DNA of 64,000 nt. It comes from an uncultured bacterium. Lineage in GTDB: Bacteria; Margulisbacteria; WOR-1; CAVSGV01. This document shows positions 1 to 10,049 of this stretch, in pieces. A program made the position numbers and the translations under genes. The stretch covers positions 64,001 through 128,000 of the forward strand of contig CAVYHE010000009.1 of NCBI GenBank assembly GCA_963768305.1. Reading direction: 5' to 3'. Under the pieces are notes generated by a model that was not told where the DNA came from, did no database searches, and worked only from the letters and a program-made list of their open reading frames with translations. The stretch's first letter is position 1. Each line of letters opens with the position of its first letter.

Positions 1-840
1 TTCAAGCCAGCCTGTGTTCTTACAGACGCGGCATCCGACCCCGCTGCAGATTATGCATTCAACATCCACTTCTGCCGAAGGCTCCGTGAACGGGAAAAAG
101 GACGGCCTGAACCTGATCCGCCTTTCTTTGCCGAACATTTCATGCGTGAAATAAGTGAGCGTTCCCTTCAAGTCCGCGAAAGTGATCCCTTCGTCAACGA
201 CCAGTCCCTCAACTTGATGGAACACGGGAGAATGTGTCACATCCGCATCGCAGCGATAGACCCGCCCGGGCATGATGATCGATATGGGAGGATTCGTCTT
301 CTCCATAACTCTTATCTGAACCGGGGAAGTATGGGTCCTCAGCACAAGGCCTTCGTCAACAAAAAAAGTCGCCTGCATGTCCATCGCCGGATGCGAGGGC
401 GGGAAATTCAACGCCTCAAAATTATTCCAATTCGTTTCGATGTCCGGGCCTTCGGCTATGGAATAACCTGTTTTCGTGAATATCCGCTTTATGTCTTCGA
501 GGGTCTTTGTTATCGGATGTAAATGGCCTTTGTTTATGCCTGTTCCGGGGAGGGTTATATCCAGTTTCTCTTCCTTTAATTTCCTTGAAACTTCACTGCG
601 CGATAGAATATTTATTTTTTCATCTATCTGGAGCGTCAGTTTTCTCTTTAGGTCATTGACCAGCTTGCCCGTTTCCGGGCGGGTTTCCGCAGGGAGCGTT
701 GGTAGAAGCTGCATTATTTCCTGGATCTCCCCTTTTCGGCCCAGATATTTCACTCTTACATCTTCCAGATCTTTCACGGAAGATGAGCATGAAATATCAG
801 CGACGGCCGCCTGCTCTATCTTAATCAGTCTTTCCTGCAT
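1..840 (-). CDS. pheS: Phenylalanine--tRNA ligase alpha subunit (3' end runs off window; missed by ORF track)
   Basis: Manual translation from ATG at 840: MQERLIKIEQ...GHLHPI...EGPDIETNWNNFEALNFPPSHPAMDMQATFF...LRTHTSPVQIR...PGRVYRCDADVTHSPVFHQVEGL...RFRPSFFPFTEPSAEVD; open to base 1. Confidence 0.97.
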   Translation of the reverse strand, partial: MQERLIKIEQAAVADISCSSSVKDLEDVRVKYLGRKGEIQEIMQLLPTLPAETRPETGKLVNDLKRKLTLQIDEKINILSRSEVSRKLKEEKLDITLPGTGINKGHLHPITKTLEDIKRIFTKTGYSIAEGPDIETNWNNFEALNFPPSHPAMDMQATFFVDEGLVLRTHTSPVQIRVMEKTNPPISIIMPGRVYRCDADVTHSPVFHQVEGLVVDEGITFADLKGTLTYFTHEMFGKERRIRFRPSFFPFTEPSAEVDVECIICSGVGCRVCKNTGWLE

Positions 841-1631
841 TCGCTCTCCTTTGCCTTACCGATTCGATATAATATCACGGCGCAAGAAATCGCCGCGTTC
901 AGGGATTCCGCCTCGCCGATCATAGGGATGGAGACGGATTCATCGCTTACCCTTTCGATCTCCGGCGGCAACCCTTTGCTTTCGCTCCCTATCATCAGCG
1001 CCATAGGGCCGCAAAGGTCGGCCGAAAAGTATTCCTTTTCAGCCCCCGCGAACGTGGCTATCACCCTTACACCGCGCCTCTTAAGCGCCGAAACCATGTC
1101 GATTATATCATCGATCATAACTATGTTTAAATGAAAAATGGAGCCGGATGAAGCGCGGATCACTTTTTCATTGTATGGATCCACCGTGCCTGCGGTCAGA
1201 ATGACCCCGGAGCAGCCCGCCGCATCGGCGGTCCTAATGATCGTCCCCAGGTTCCCGGGATCCTGTATCCCGCATGCGGCAACTATCAGCGGATCCTGCT
1301 TTTCAAACAAACTTCCGATGTCTGAATTTTTCGGTTTTACCGAGGCGACTATCCCCTGAGGGGTTTCGACATCCGAAAGATGCTTGATGACCTTTTCGCT
1401 CGCTTCCTCGATCGGCAGATCCGAGGAAATAAGCCTGCCCAGCAGATCCTTCCCCTCGAACGTTTTGCGGATGTTCTCACTGTATATGACCCTTTCAAGA
1501 AGACCCGCCTTCAAAGCTTCGTTGACCAGATGGATGCCTTCTATGAGGAATTTGCCGGAGGCTCTCCTGTTCTTCTTCTCTTTCAGTGAAACGAAATAAT
1601 GGACCTTCGGATTTTGGGTGCTTGTGAGCAT
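821..1631 (-). CDS. TrmH/SpoU family RNA methyltransferase (probable +1 indel near 866)
   Basis: IQDPGNLGTIIRTADAAG, GSESKGL, IPMIGEAESLNAA SPOUT motifs; removing one base near 866 restores the usual LYESVRQR ending with stop at 821-823. Confidence 0.92.
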
Positions 1632-1637
1632 TTATGA

Positions 1638-3059
1638 TCAGTAAGCCCCTGATCCGAAAATAACAGTGGGAATGGTCCTGAGCATTATCCTGAAATCCAT
1701 CCACAGCGACCAGTTCTCAATATAATATATGTCAAGGCGGACCATATCCTCGAACGGAAGCTCGCTCCGCCCCGATACCTGCCAGAGTCCGGTGATCCCC
1801 GGGCGGACCCTCAATCTTTTTTTGTGCCAGGAAGTGTATCTTTCGACCTCGATCGGAACGGGAGGCCTTGGCCCCACAAGGCTCATATCGCCAATAAGCA
1901 CGTTGATCAGCTGGGGCACCTCGTCGATGCTCAATTTCCTTATTATCCTGCCTATACCCGTCACGCGCGGGTCGTCCTTTGCCTTGAACCGCAGGATATT
2001 CCCGCCTTTCTCGGCAACGACCCGGGTGAACATGGATTCGGCAGATTCAACCATTGATCTGAATTTATACAGGTTGAATATCTTGCCGTCCTTACCGATG
2101 CGTTTTTGCGTGAACAACACCGGGCCCTTTGAGCCAAATTTTATGGCGCCAGCCGTGATGAGCATGAACGGCGACAGTATCAAAAGCGCCGAAAGAGAGA
2201 TAATGATATCGGTAGCCCGTTTGACCGCAGCATTTATCCCCTGCAGCTTGATCTCCTTTATTGAAAGAAGCGGGATGCCGCCTATTTCATCGGCGGAGAT
2301 CCTCGAAGCGATCAATTCAAGGATGCCGGGAACAAGCTTGAATTCAACGCCGTCGCCTTCGCATTCGGTTATTATCTCCAGAACTTTCTGCTGATGCAAC
2401 TTGCCTGTCGCAAGTATGACCTCATCTATGTTAAGCTCCCTTATCATGTTCTTCGTGCTGATGATGGGCCCCCTTACGGGAACGCCGTGGAACATCTTGC
2501 CTATCTTATCCCTGTCGTCATCCAGGAACGCGATAGCTTTATAACCGGTCTCTTTTTCCGTCAATACTTTATAAGCGATCCCCTGCCCTATTTCCCCGGC
2601 TCCAAGTATCAAAGTTCTGCGCACTCCAATGCCTTTTCTGTAAAATTCCCTCTGAAGAACGTTCAAAGAATATCGTGAAACGATCATCAAAATAGAGCAG
2701 GTCACCATGGCATAAAGAAGAAGCGCCCTTGAGAACCAGAATCCCCTGTATAAAAAGAGAAGCGCAAAAAGCAAAAGCGAGCCGGCTATGGTCGCACCAA
2801 AAATGGAAGAAGTTTCATCTCCCGCAGAAGTAATATCTCTTTTATCGTAAAGGCCAAGAAGTTTGAACAACGCCAGCCATAGGAATGTCACGAAGATCAA
2901 TATGTAATAGAACCGCCCAAGCTGTGGGATTATTGCAGGAGCCTTTCCAAGGAACCATTCAAAACGAAGATAGTAAGCCAAAATGAAAGAAAGGTTGATC
3001 GCAACAGCGTCAATTATGATGAGCAGCAACGGCGGGAATTTTGCTGTTTTCTTCAGCAT
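1638..3059 (-). CDS. Priming polyprenyl-phosphate glycosylphosphotransferase (WcaJ/WbaP-like)
   Basis: N-terminal TM helices, CoA-binding-like domain, C-terminal KFRSM...DDPRVT...IDEVPQLINVLIGDMSLVGPRP...RPGITGLWQVSGRS. Confidence 0.93.
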   Translation of the reverse strand: MLKKTAKFPPLLLIIIDAVAINLSFILAYYLRFEWFLGKAPAIIPQLGRFYYILIFVTFLWLALFKLLGLYDKRDITSAGDETSSIFGATIAGSLLLFALLFLYRGFWFSRALLLYAMVTCSILMIVSRYSLNVLQREFYRKGIGVRRTLILGAGEIGQGIAYKVLTEKETGYKAIAFLDDDRDKIGKMFHGVPVRGPIISTKNMIRELNIDEVILATGKLHQQKVLEIITECEGDGVEFKLVPGILELIASRISADEIGGIPLLSIKEIKLQGINAAVKRATDIIISLSALLILSPFMLITAGAIKFGSKGPVLFTQKRIGKDGKIFNLYKFRSMVESAESMFTRVVAEKGGNILRFKAKDDPRVTGIGRIIRKLSIDEVPQLINVLIGDMSLVGPRPPVPIEVERYTSWHKKRLRVRPGITGLWQVSGRSELPFEDMVRLDIYYIENWSLWMDFRIMLRTIPTVIFGSGAY

Positions 3060-5455
3060 TATTTTATCTTCCCCAGCATTTTCTTCGCGTATTCATTGTT
3101 CGGGTCCACCATGAGAGTTTGATCGAATTCCTGCTTGGCCTTTTCGGGCTGCCCTGTTCCAAGATATATCATCCCCAATCCGTTATGGACGTTCACGTTC
3201 TTGGGATCGATGAGGTAAGCTTTTTCAAAATCGTCCTGTGCCTTTGCCACCTTCCCCGCCCTGGCTGACATAAGCCCCAAATTCACAAGGGCATTTACGT
3301 TTTGCGGGTTTTCGGCTACCATCTGCTCATATATTGCCTCAGCTTTTCCGATCTCGCCTTCCTTCACGTACATGGCCGCAAGATTCTCCTGAAAAACAGG
3401 ATTGTTCGGATATTTTGAGAGAAAACCGTTGAATATATCTATCACTTTATTGGATTCGCCCATTTTCATGTACACGCTTGAAAGTCCGCTTACGGCTTCG
3501 GGCAGCTGGGGATTTATTTCGACCGCCTTTTCATACATCTCCGCGGCTTCCCTGTTCCTGCCACGTCTCTCATACACGCCTCCGATAAGCTGATACGCTT
3601 CGGCATAGCGGGGATCGATCTTGATCGCTTTTTCCGCTTCTTCTATGACCTTGTCCAGATATGAGCTGTCCGTAAAGGACAGGATAAAGTACGCCCTGCT
3701 GATGATATAAAAATTATCGGCGCTGTACGGGTCCACTTTCGCCGCTGTCCTGAATATGTCCACCGATCTGTAAATATACTTAACATCCTGAGTTTGCTGT
3801 GCGTTATTCAGCATCGCTATGCCGTAGCGGGTCCACGTCCCTCCTTCATACGGGCTGATCTTAAGGGATCGTTCATATTCGCTTATCGCGCCGTCAAATC
3901 TTCTGTAGTCGGCCAGCACAGTCCCTGTTTTATAATGCATATCGGCACGGAACTGGATAGTGGATAAATATGACAAATATAAAGCCGCGACCAGCACTGC
4001 GGCAAATAAGAGCCATGGCATTTGAGAGATATCCGGTCGTTTAACGCTCTCAGGCTGGCTTTCTTTGATATGGATCGAGGTGATCATGCCTATCATTATC
4101 CAAAAGAGCGTGGTGATGGCGACAACACCGAAACTGAATTGGTTCTGTATTAAATACCCGGCAGACCCGCCCATGAACCCTGCCGTGAAAAGCTTCATCT
4201 CCGGATCGTACTCTCCTTTTATGGTCCTGTGGCCCAGATAAAAGAAACCGGCAATTATCCAAACATAAAGAAACAATGCAATGACGCCTCTTGTCACGGA
4301 CATGTCGCAGACCTCATTGTGGCACCGGTCCTGTTTTACATGAAAACCTTCATAGAACCTGAACTTATCGGTCTCATACTGCGGGAAGATCATCTTCATC
4401 ACTTCCTGGCCGATGCCGAAGATCGGTCTGTCGGTGATCTCACTGTATGCGCTTTTCCATGTCTCTAATCTTGAAAGTGTGGCATTATAGCTTATGGCCG
4501 GACTCTCACTCTCTGACATTTCAACTGTTTTCGTGGCTTCATTGGAGAACCTGCCAAAAGGTGAAGTTTCGGGATTTAAAGAAGTGATGACCGTGATGAT
4601 AGCTACAAGGAAAAACAAAATAAGAAGCTCTTTCCATTTGTTAATGGTCAGGTCCCTTTTCGCGTATGTAAAGAACAGGAATGTCCCGCCGAACAACCCC
4701 AGGAACCCGCCGCGGCTCTGCGTGTACAGAACTGCGACGTAAAGCATGAAAAGGCTGATAACAAGCACAGCTCTTAATCCAATATCATAAGCAAAAGGCC
4801 ACTCCACTTTTTTGTTCCATCGGACATCTTTCATGTTAAGCAGCAGCGCAAGACCGATAACGAAGCCCATGTCAACGTAAGCAGCAAGGAAATTCGGCTG
4901 GCCTATTGTCCCAATTATCCTTTGCCATGTCGCCACTCCGCCCCACGCGTAAGGATCCAGTCCCATCCTCTGGATGACGCCGTATATCGCCATGCAGACC
5001 CCGGCTATTATCACCGTGTACATGACCCTCATTATTTTATCTTTTGTATTGATGAAATTTGTCGTTATGAAGAACAAGAGCCCGTATATATACAAAGTTG
5101 TCAAGCCTTCATACCTTCCGTAAAATCCCATGATGCTTGTAAGCGGGTGGATGGAAGTAAGCGCGGCGACAGTTGAAACGAGCATGTAAGAAAGCACCGG
5201 AAAATCAAGCGGAGTGCGTATGAAATTATGCTTTTGCCCCAGCATCACCTTGACCGACCAGACGACCAGTATGGCAATGATGATAAGACGGATGGTCGTG
5301 ACCTTTGTAAGTGAGAACACGATGCCGACGCGCCTGTCAAATATGACAGGCGCAAGGAAAACAAGCGCGATATAGAGCATCTCTATGGCGCTGTCAAAGA
5401 TGGATTCCGTTCTTTCTTTTTCTTCCGCCGGTCTAACCTGTTGTTTTCGAGCCAA
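3059..5455 (-). CDS. O-antigen ligase/O-oligosaccharyltransferase family membrane protein with C-terminal TPR repeats
   Basis: Polytopic; GTIGQPNFLAAY, TQSRGG, RLETW, PIFGIG, DRCHNE Wzy_C motifs; about 8 TPR-like repeats. Confidence 0.85.
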   Translation of the reverse strand: MARKQQVRPAEEKERTESIFDSAIEMLYIALVFLAPVIFDRRVGIVFSLTKVTTIRLIIIAILVVWSVKVMLGQKHNFIRTPLDFPVLSYMLVSTVAALTSIHPLTSIMGFYGRYEGLTTLYIYGLLFFITTNFINTKDKIMRVMYTVIIAGVCMAIYGVIQRMGLDPYAWGGVATWQRIIGTIGQPNFLAAYVDMGFVIGLALLLNMKDVRWNKKVEWPFAYDIGLRAVLVISLFMLYVAVLYTQSRGGFLGLFGGTFLFFTYAKRDLTINKWKELLILFFLVAIITVITSLNPETSPFGRFSNEATKTVEMSESESPAISYNATLSRLETWKSAYSEITDRPIFGIGQEVMKMIFPQYETDKFRFYEGFHVKQDRCHNEVCDMSVTRGVIALFLYVWIIAGFFYLGHRTIKGEYDPEMKLFTAGFMGGSAGYLIQNQFSFGVVAITTLFWIMIGMITSIHIKESQPESVKRPDISQMPWLLFAAVLVAALYLSYLSTIQFRADMHYKTGTVLADYRRFDGAISEYERSLKISPYEGGTWTRYGIAMLNNAQQTQDVKYIYRSVDIFRTAAKVDPYSADNFYIISRAYFILSFTDSSYLDKVIEEAEKAIKIDPRYAEAYQLIGGVYERRGRNREAAEMYEKAVEINPQLPEAVSGLSSVYMKMGESNKVIDIFNGFLSKYPNNPVFQENLAAMYVKEGEIGKAEAIYEQMVAENPQNVNALVNLGLMSARAGKVAKAQDDFEKAYLIDPKNVNVHNGLGMIYLGTGQPEKAKQEFDQTLMVDPNNEYAKKMLGKIK

Positions 5456-6521
5456 TGAACTCCCTCATTTTCTTTTTGAAAACTTCTTTATCGAACGCCA
5501 TTGCCTGCGATCTGATCTCATCAGGATCAAAAGACATACGGTTGAACTTGACCACGGCTTCCGCAAGCGAAGCCTTTTCGGGCTCCTCGAAAAAGATGCC
5601 GGTAATCCCTTCAACGACCGATTCAAGCGCTCCGCCGGCCTTGAAAGCGATTACAGGCCTTCCGCATGCCTGCGCTTCCACGGGTGTAAGCCCGAAATCT
5701 TCTTCGCCCGGCAGGATATACGCCCTGCATTGAGAATAATATTTCACGATCTCATCATCGGGCAGTTTCCCAAGAAATGTTATGTTCTGTCCCGCAAGGC
5801 TCCTCAGCCTTCCGGCATCCGGCCCGGCCCCTATGATATATAACGGCAGGCCAAGCTCATTGAAGGCCTCCACCGCCAGATCGATATGTTTATAGGGATT
5901 CAATCTGGAAACAATAAGGAAAAAATCCTTTGATCCGCCATTATAAGGCTTAAAAAACGAAGTATCAACCGGCGGGTGTATCACTTCGGCATCCCTCCCA
6001 TAGAACATCCTTATCCGTTCCGCGGTCGCTTTGGAATTCGCGATAAAATGATCGACGCCTTCCGAGGTCTTTAAATCCCATCTTTTCAGCCATTCAAGGA
6101 CAGGATGCAACATTGCTTTCATGGTCGAGCCGAACTTTTCCTTTTCCAGGTAATTTTCGCGCTTCCAGACGAATCGCATTGGAGAGTGGCAGTAACAGAT
6201 ATGCGTCGCACCTCTGTGTTTTTTGACCCCTTTTCCCCACGCGGCGCTGCTTGAAACGATCAGGTCGTAACCGGAGAGATCGAAACTTTCAAATGCGAAT
6301 GGATACAGCGGAAGGTACTTCTTGAAATGCCTCCTCATTAAAGGGAGATGCTGCATGAATGATGTCCTGATGTCCATTTTCCTGAAAACATCGGGCATTT
6401 TTTCGCGATCATAGAATGAAGTATATATCGGGGATTCCGGATACAATTCATGGAGAGCCTCAACCACCCGTTCCGCCCCCCCGGCCTGATTCAGATAATC
6501 ATGGACTAAAGCGGTTTTCAT
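5433..6521 (-). CDS. Glycosyltransferase family 4
   Basis: Start MKTALVHDYLNQAGGAERV overlapping the rfbB stop (ATGA); EEDFGLTPVEAQACG motif. Confidence 0.92.
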   Translation of the reverse strand: MKTALVHDYLNQAGGAERVVEALHELYPESPIYTSFYDREKMPDVFRKMDIRTSFMQHLPLMRRHFKKYLPLYPFAFESFDLSGYDLIVSSSAAWGKGVKKHRGATHICYCHSPMRFVWKRENYLEKEKFGSTMKAMLHPVLEWLKRWDLKTSEGVDHFIANSKATAERIRMFYGRDAEVIHPPVDTSFFKPYNGGSKDFFLIVSRLNPYKHIDLAVEAFNELGLPLYIIGAGPDAGRLRSLAGQNITFLGKLPDDEIVKYYSQCRAYILPGEEDFGLTPVEAQACGRPVIAFKAGGALESVVEGITGIFFEEPEKASLAEAVVKFNRMSFDPDEIRSQAMAFDKEVFKKKMREFIGSKTTG

Positions 6522-7543
6522 CTGCCCTTGTAATTGTTCCTGTAATAATCGCGGTATTCTCCGCTGATGATCTTTTTCCACCAATTCGAGTTCTCCAGGT
6601 ACCACTCAACAGTTCGCTCCAATCCATCCTCGAACCTGTGCTTTGGCCGCCAGCCCAGCTCTTTCGTGATCTTCGCGGCATCCATCGCATATCTTCTGTC
6701 ATGGCCAAGTCTGTCTTTCACATATTCGATCATCGAGGCCGGCTTGCCAAGCTGTCCCAATATCCTTTTTACGACATCGATATTCGCCCATTCATTGTTC
6801 CCGCCGATATTATATGCCTCGCCGACCTTCCCTTTAATTATCACCGCTTCGATCGCGCTGCAGTGATCATCCACGAACAACCAATCCCTCACGTTCATGC
6901 CGTCCCCGTAAACAGGGAGCTTTTTCCCCGAGGCAGCGTTTATTATCATCAGCGGAATGAGCTTTTCAGGGAACTGGTAAGGGCCGTAATTATTGGAGCA
7001 TCGTGTGATGACGGAGGGGTATCCGAACGTGCGGAAATAAGCCATGACCAGCAGATCGGCGGATGCCTTGCTTGCTGAATAAGGACTGTTGGATGAAAGC
7101 GGTGTGCTTTCCCTGAATTTCCCGGTCTTTCCCAGGGAGCCGTAAACTTCGTCGGTAGAGATCTGAACGAATTTTTTGCCTTTGAAGCCCTTCTTCGACC
7201 AGATCTCCCTTGAAACATCCAGAAGGACCTGGGTCCCAAGGACGTTCGTTCTGGTGAAAATTTCCGGGCCTAAAATACTTCTGTCCACATGGGATTCGGC
7301 CGCGAAATTGACGATCGTATCTATGCTGAATTTTTTTATGATGCTCACGACGGTCTTAGGATCGCATATGTCGCCTTTGACGAACCGGTAATTCTTTTTT
7401 CCGGCGATATCGCTAAGGTTTTCAAGGTTGCCGGCATATGTAAGCTTATCGAGATTGCATATGAAAACATCCTTATCGATTATGTATCGTATAAAATTGC
7501 TGCCTATGAAGCCGCAGCCGCCGGTAACTAATATCTTTTTCAC
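6518..7543 (-). CDS. rfbB: dTDP-glucose 4,6-dehydratase
   Basis: GGCGFIG, DKLTYAGN, FAAESHVDRSI, STDEVYG, PYSASKA, NNYGPYQFPEKLIP. Confidence 0.97.
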   Translation of the reverse strand: MKKILVTGGCGFIGSNFIRYIIDKDVFICNLDKLTYAGNLENLSDIAGKKNYRFVKGDICDPKTVVSIIKKFSIDTIVNFAAESHVDRSILGPEIFTRTNVLGTQVLLDVSREIWSKKGFKGKKFVQISTDEVYGSLGKTGKFRESTPLSSNSPYSASKASADLLVMAYFRTFGYPSVITRCSNNYGPYQFPEKLIPLMIINAASGKKLPVYGDGMNVRDWLFVDDHCSAIEAVIIKGKVGEAYNIGGNNEWANIDVVKRILGQLGKPASMIEYVKDRLGHDRRYAMDAAKITKELGWRPKHRFEDGLERTVEWYLENSNWWKKIISGEYRDYYRNNYKGR

Positions 7544-8259
7544 TTTGCCGCGCGTCCTTCCACAAGCTTATTGGCCAATTCCAGCGTCTCGATCGTCCCG
7601 GCATCGGTCCACCAGCCCCGCATCGTTTCAAAAGTGATCTTTCCGCGTTTGATATATTCGTTGTTTACGTCGGTTATTTCCAGTTCTCCGCGGCCGGAGG
7701 GTTTCAATTTTTTGATGATGCCGAAAATGGAAGGGTCATACATATATATGCCGGTCACGATCAAATTGCTCTTGGGCTTTTTCGGCTTTTCAACTATGCC
7801 GACGATCTTCCCCTTTTTTATCTCCGCCACGCCGAATCTGCGCGGATCTTTCACCTCTTTGAGCAGGAGTTTTGCCCCGGACGGTTGTTTTTTGAATTTT
7901 TCCGCAAATTTTGACAGATCTTCCTCGAAAATATTATCGCCCAGGATAACGAGCATTTTTTCGCCGCCGGCGAAATGCTCCGCAAGACCCAGCGCCTGCG
8001 CAATGCCGCCCGCCTCGTCCTGCACTTTATACGTGAACCGGCATCCAAATCCTCTTCCGCTTCCGAGAAGATTCACGACGTCGCCCATGTGCTCAACGCC
8101 TGTAACTATCAGTATCTCATCGATCACAGCCTGTCTCAGTTTTTCTATGGGATAATAGATCATCGGTTTTTTCCCAACAGGCAGAAGATGTTTGTTCGTT
8201 ACCTTCGTAAGCGGATAAAGCCGGGAGCCGGTGCCGCCGGCCAGTATAATGCCTTTCAT
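7540..8259 (-). CDS. rfbA: Glucose-1-phosphate thymidylyltransferase (short form)
   Basis: GIILAGGTGSRLYPLT, LGDNIF, EKP, RGELEITD, WWTDAGT. Confidence 0.92.
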   Translation of the reverse strand: MKGIILAGGTGSRLYPLTKVTNKHLLPVGKKPMIYYPIEKLRQAVIDEILIVTGVEHMGDVVNLLGSGRGFGCRFTYKVQDEAGGIAQALGLAEHFAGGEKMLVILGDNIFEEDLSKFAEKFKKQPSGAKLLLKEVKDPRRFGVAEIKKGKIVGIVEKPKKPKSNLIVTGIYMYDPSIFGIIKKLKPSGRGELEITDVNNEYIKRGKITFETMRGWWTDAGTIETLELANKLVEGRAAK

Positions 8260-8281
8260 AAAACCTCCGTTTTAGGCTTTA

Positions 8282-8290
8282 ATTATACCA
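8282..8290 (-). promoter_or_regulatory. Extended -10 promoter (TGgTATAAT) upstream of rfbA
   Basis: TGGTATAAT followed by GGAGG RBS before the rfbA ATG. Confidence 0.5.
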
Positions 8291-8293
8291 TCT

Positions 8294-9187
8294 CTACGGC
8301 TTTTTCGTACCGGCGTACTTCTCTTTTCTGAATAGATTACGGATCAATTCGATGCCGCATTTCAGCCAGATCCCCGCATAAACCGGCCAATTTAAAAGAA
8401 ATAAGCCTTTTATAGCATAATGTTTACCATAAAATACCGCCATGGCGCGGTGAAATTCGTAAATATTGCGATAACTTTGCCTTCGGCTGCCTCCCCTTCC
8501 TCCATAATGGACAATTTCGGCATCAGGAAGATAATAGACCTTCCATCCGTTTTTTTTTATCCTGAAGCACCAGTCGATATCGTCCCCGTACATATAATAA
8601 CTTTCATCCATAAGCCCGACTTTATCAATTACTTCCCGTCTGACGATCATGGCCGCCCCGCACAAGCTGTCGACTTTCGAGGCAGCTTTATCGTCAAGAT
8701 AAGTTAAAAGATATCTTCCGAAAAGTTCGCTTTTTGGAAAAAGTCTGTTCAATCCGGAAAAATAGAACAAAGAATTGCTCAGGGTCGGGAAACCTCTCCT
8801 GCATTGCAACTGGAGAGTTCCGTCGGAATTCAAAAGCTTTGGGCCAGCGGCGCCGGCATCAGGGTTTGAATCCATAAAATCGATAAGCTTATCGATCGCA
8901 TCGCCCAAAACCTCAGTGTCATTGTTCAAGCACAGGACATACCTGCCTTTTGAATTTTGGACGCCGATATTATTTGCTTTTATAAAACCGATATTTGAAG
9001 CATTTATGATCAACTTAACCGTGGGAAATTTCAACTTAACAAGATCTGATGAGCCGTCATATGAAGCATTATCAATAACAATGACATCAAATGAATGGCT
9101 GTTAATACTTTTATAAAGTGATGTCAGGCAGCGATCAAGATAATCTTTTGCATTGTAATTGACTATAGAAACAGAAACATCTGTCAT
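8294..9187 (-). CDS. Glycosyltransferase family 2 (WbbL-like, probable rhamnosyltransferase)
   Basis: IVNYN, DNASYDGS, LNNDT, YMYGDDIDWC; adjacent to rfb genes. Confidence 0.88.
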   Translation of the reverse strand: MTDVSVSIVNYNAKDYLDRCLTSLYKSINSHSFDVIVIDNASYDGSSDLVKLKFPTVKLIINASNIGFIKANNIGVQNSKGRYVLCLNNDTEVLGDAIDKLIDFMDSNPDAGAAGPKLLNSDGTLQLQCRRGFPTLSNSLFYFSGLNRLFPKSELFGRYLLTYLDDKAASKVDSLCGAAMIVRREVIDKVGLMDESYYMYGDDIDWCFRIKKNGWKVYYLPDAEIVHYGGRGGSRRQSYRNIYEFHRAMAVFYGKHYAIKGLFLLNWPVYAGIWLKCGIELIRNLFRKEKYAGTKKP

Positions 9188-10047
9188 CTAAGAAGGGCTT
9201 TTTCATCAAGATACGCTTTCAATGCTTCATCCCATCTCCTCATGTCGTCCAGTCCGATCTTTTTCAGGTTCTTATGCTCAAGGACCGAATACGCCGGCCT
9301 TGTCGCTTTAGCCTTGAATTCCGATGTCGCGGCTTTTTCAAGCTTTACTTTTGTGCCTGTCAGCTCGAATATTTTTTTCGCGAAATCGTACCAGCTGCAT
9401 TGCCCTTTGTTCGTCACGTGATACAAGCCGTAACGCTCTGTTCTGATGAGTTGCTCGATCTTTCCGGCAAGATCAAGCGTGTATGTAGGCCCGACAATCT
9501 GGTCGGCAACAACCCTTAATACCGGCTTTTCTTTTGCGAGCTTCAGCATGGATTCAATGAAATTTCCTCCGCCTTTTCCCATGCATCCCGCGATCCCGAA
9601 CAGTCCGCATGTCCTTACTATATAATATTTTTTCATCATGTATCTGACATAAAGTTCGCTGGCAAGTTTTGATATTCCGTAAACAGTCCCGGGGTGCGGG
9701 CAATCGTCCTCTGTATAAGGTTTCCCTTTGTTCCCGTCAAAGACATAATCGGTGCTTATATGGACAAGCGCTGCATCATTGTCTCCGCAAGCAAGGCAAA
9801 GGTTCTTGACGCCAAACGCATTGACCGAAAAAGCAAGCTGATCATTGTCTTCGCAGTCATCTACCCTGTGATACGCCGAGGTGTTTATCACGACATTCGG
9901 CTTGTGTTTTGCGATCACATCAGAAACGTTGCCCTTATTCGTGACGTCGATATCAGAAATAGTAAGCGGAATGCATTCCGAAGCGGGGATGACCTTTTGA
10001 AGGTCGGTCCCCAGCTGACCGTCCGCGCCGATAAGCAGTATCTTCAT
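9184..10047 (-). CDS. rfbD: dTDP-4-dehydrorhamnose reductase
   Basis: Likely start MKILLIGADGQLG; HISTDYVFDG, YGISKLASE, DQIVGPTY, RPAYSVL. Confidence 0.95.
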   Translation of the reverse strand: MKILLIGADGQLGTDLQKVIPASECIPLTISDIDVTNKGNVSDVIAKHKPNVVINTSAYHRVDDCEDNDQLAFSVNAFGVKNLCLACGDNDAALVHISTDYVFDGNKGKPYTEDDCPHPGTVYGISKLASELYVRYMMKKYYIVRTCGLFGIAGCMGKGGGNFIESMLKLAKEKPVLRVVADQIVGPTYTLDLAGKIEQLIRTERYGLYHVTNKGQCSWYDFAKKIFELTGTKVKLEKAATSEFKAKATRPAYSVLEHKNLKKIGLDDMRRWDEALKAYLDEKALLR

Positions 10048-10049
10048 CC

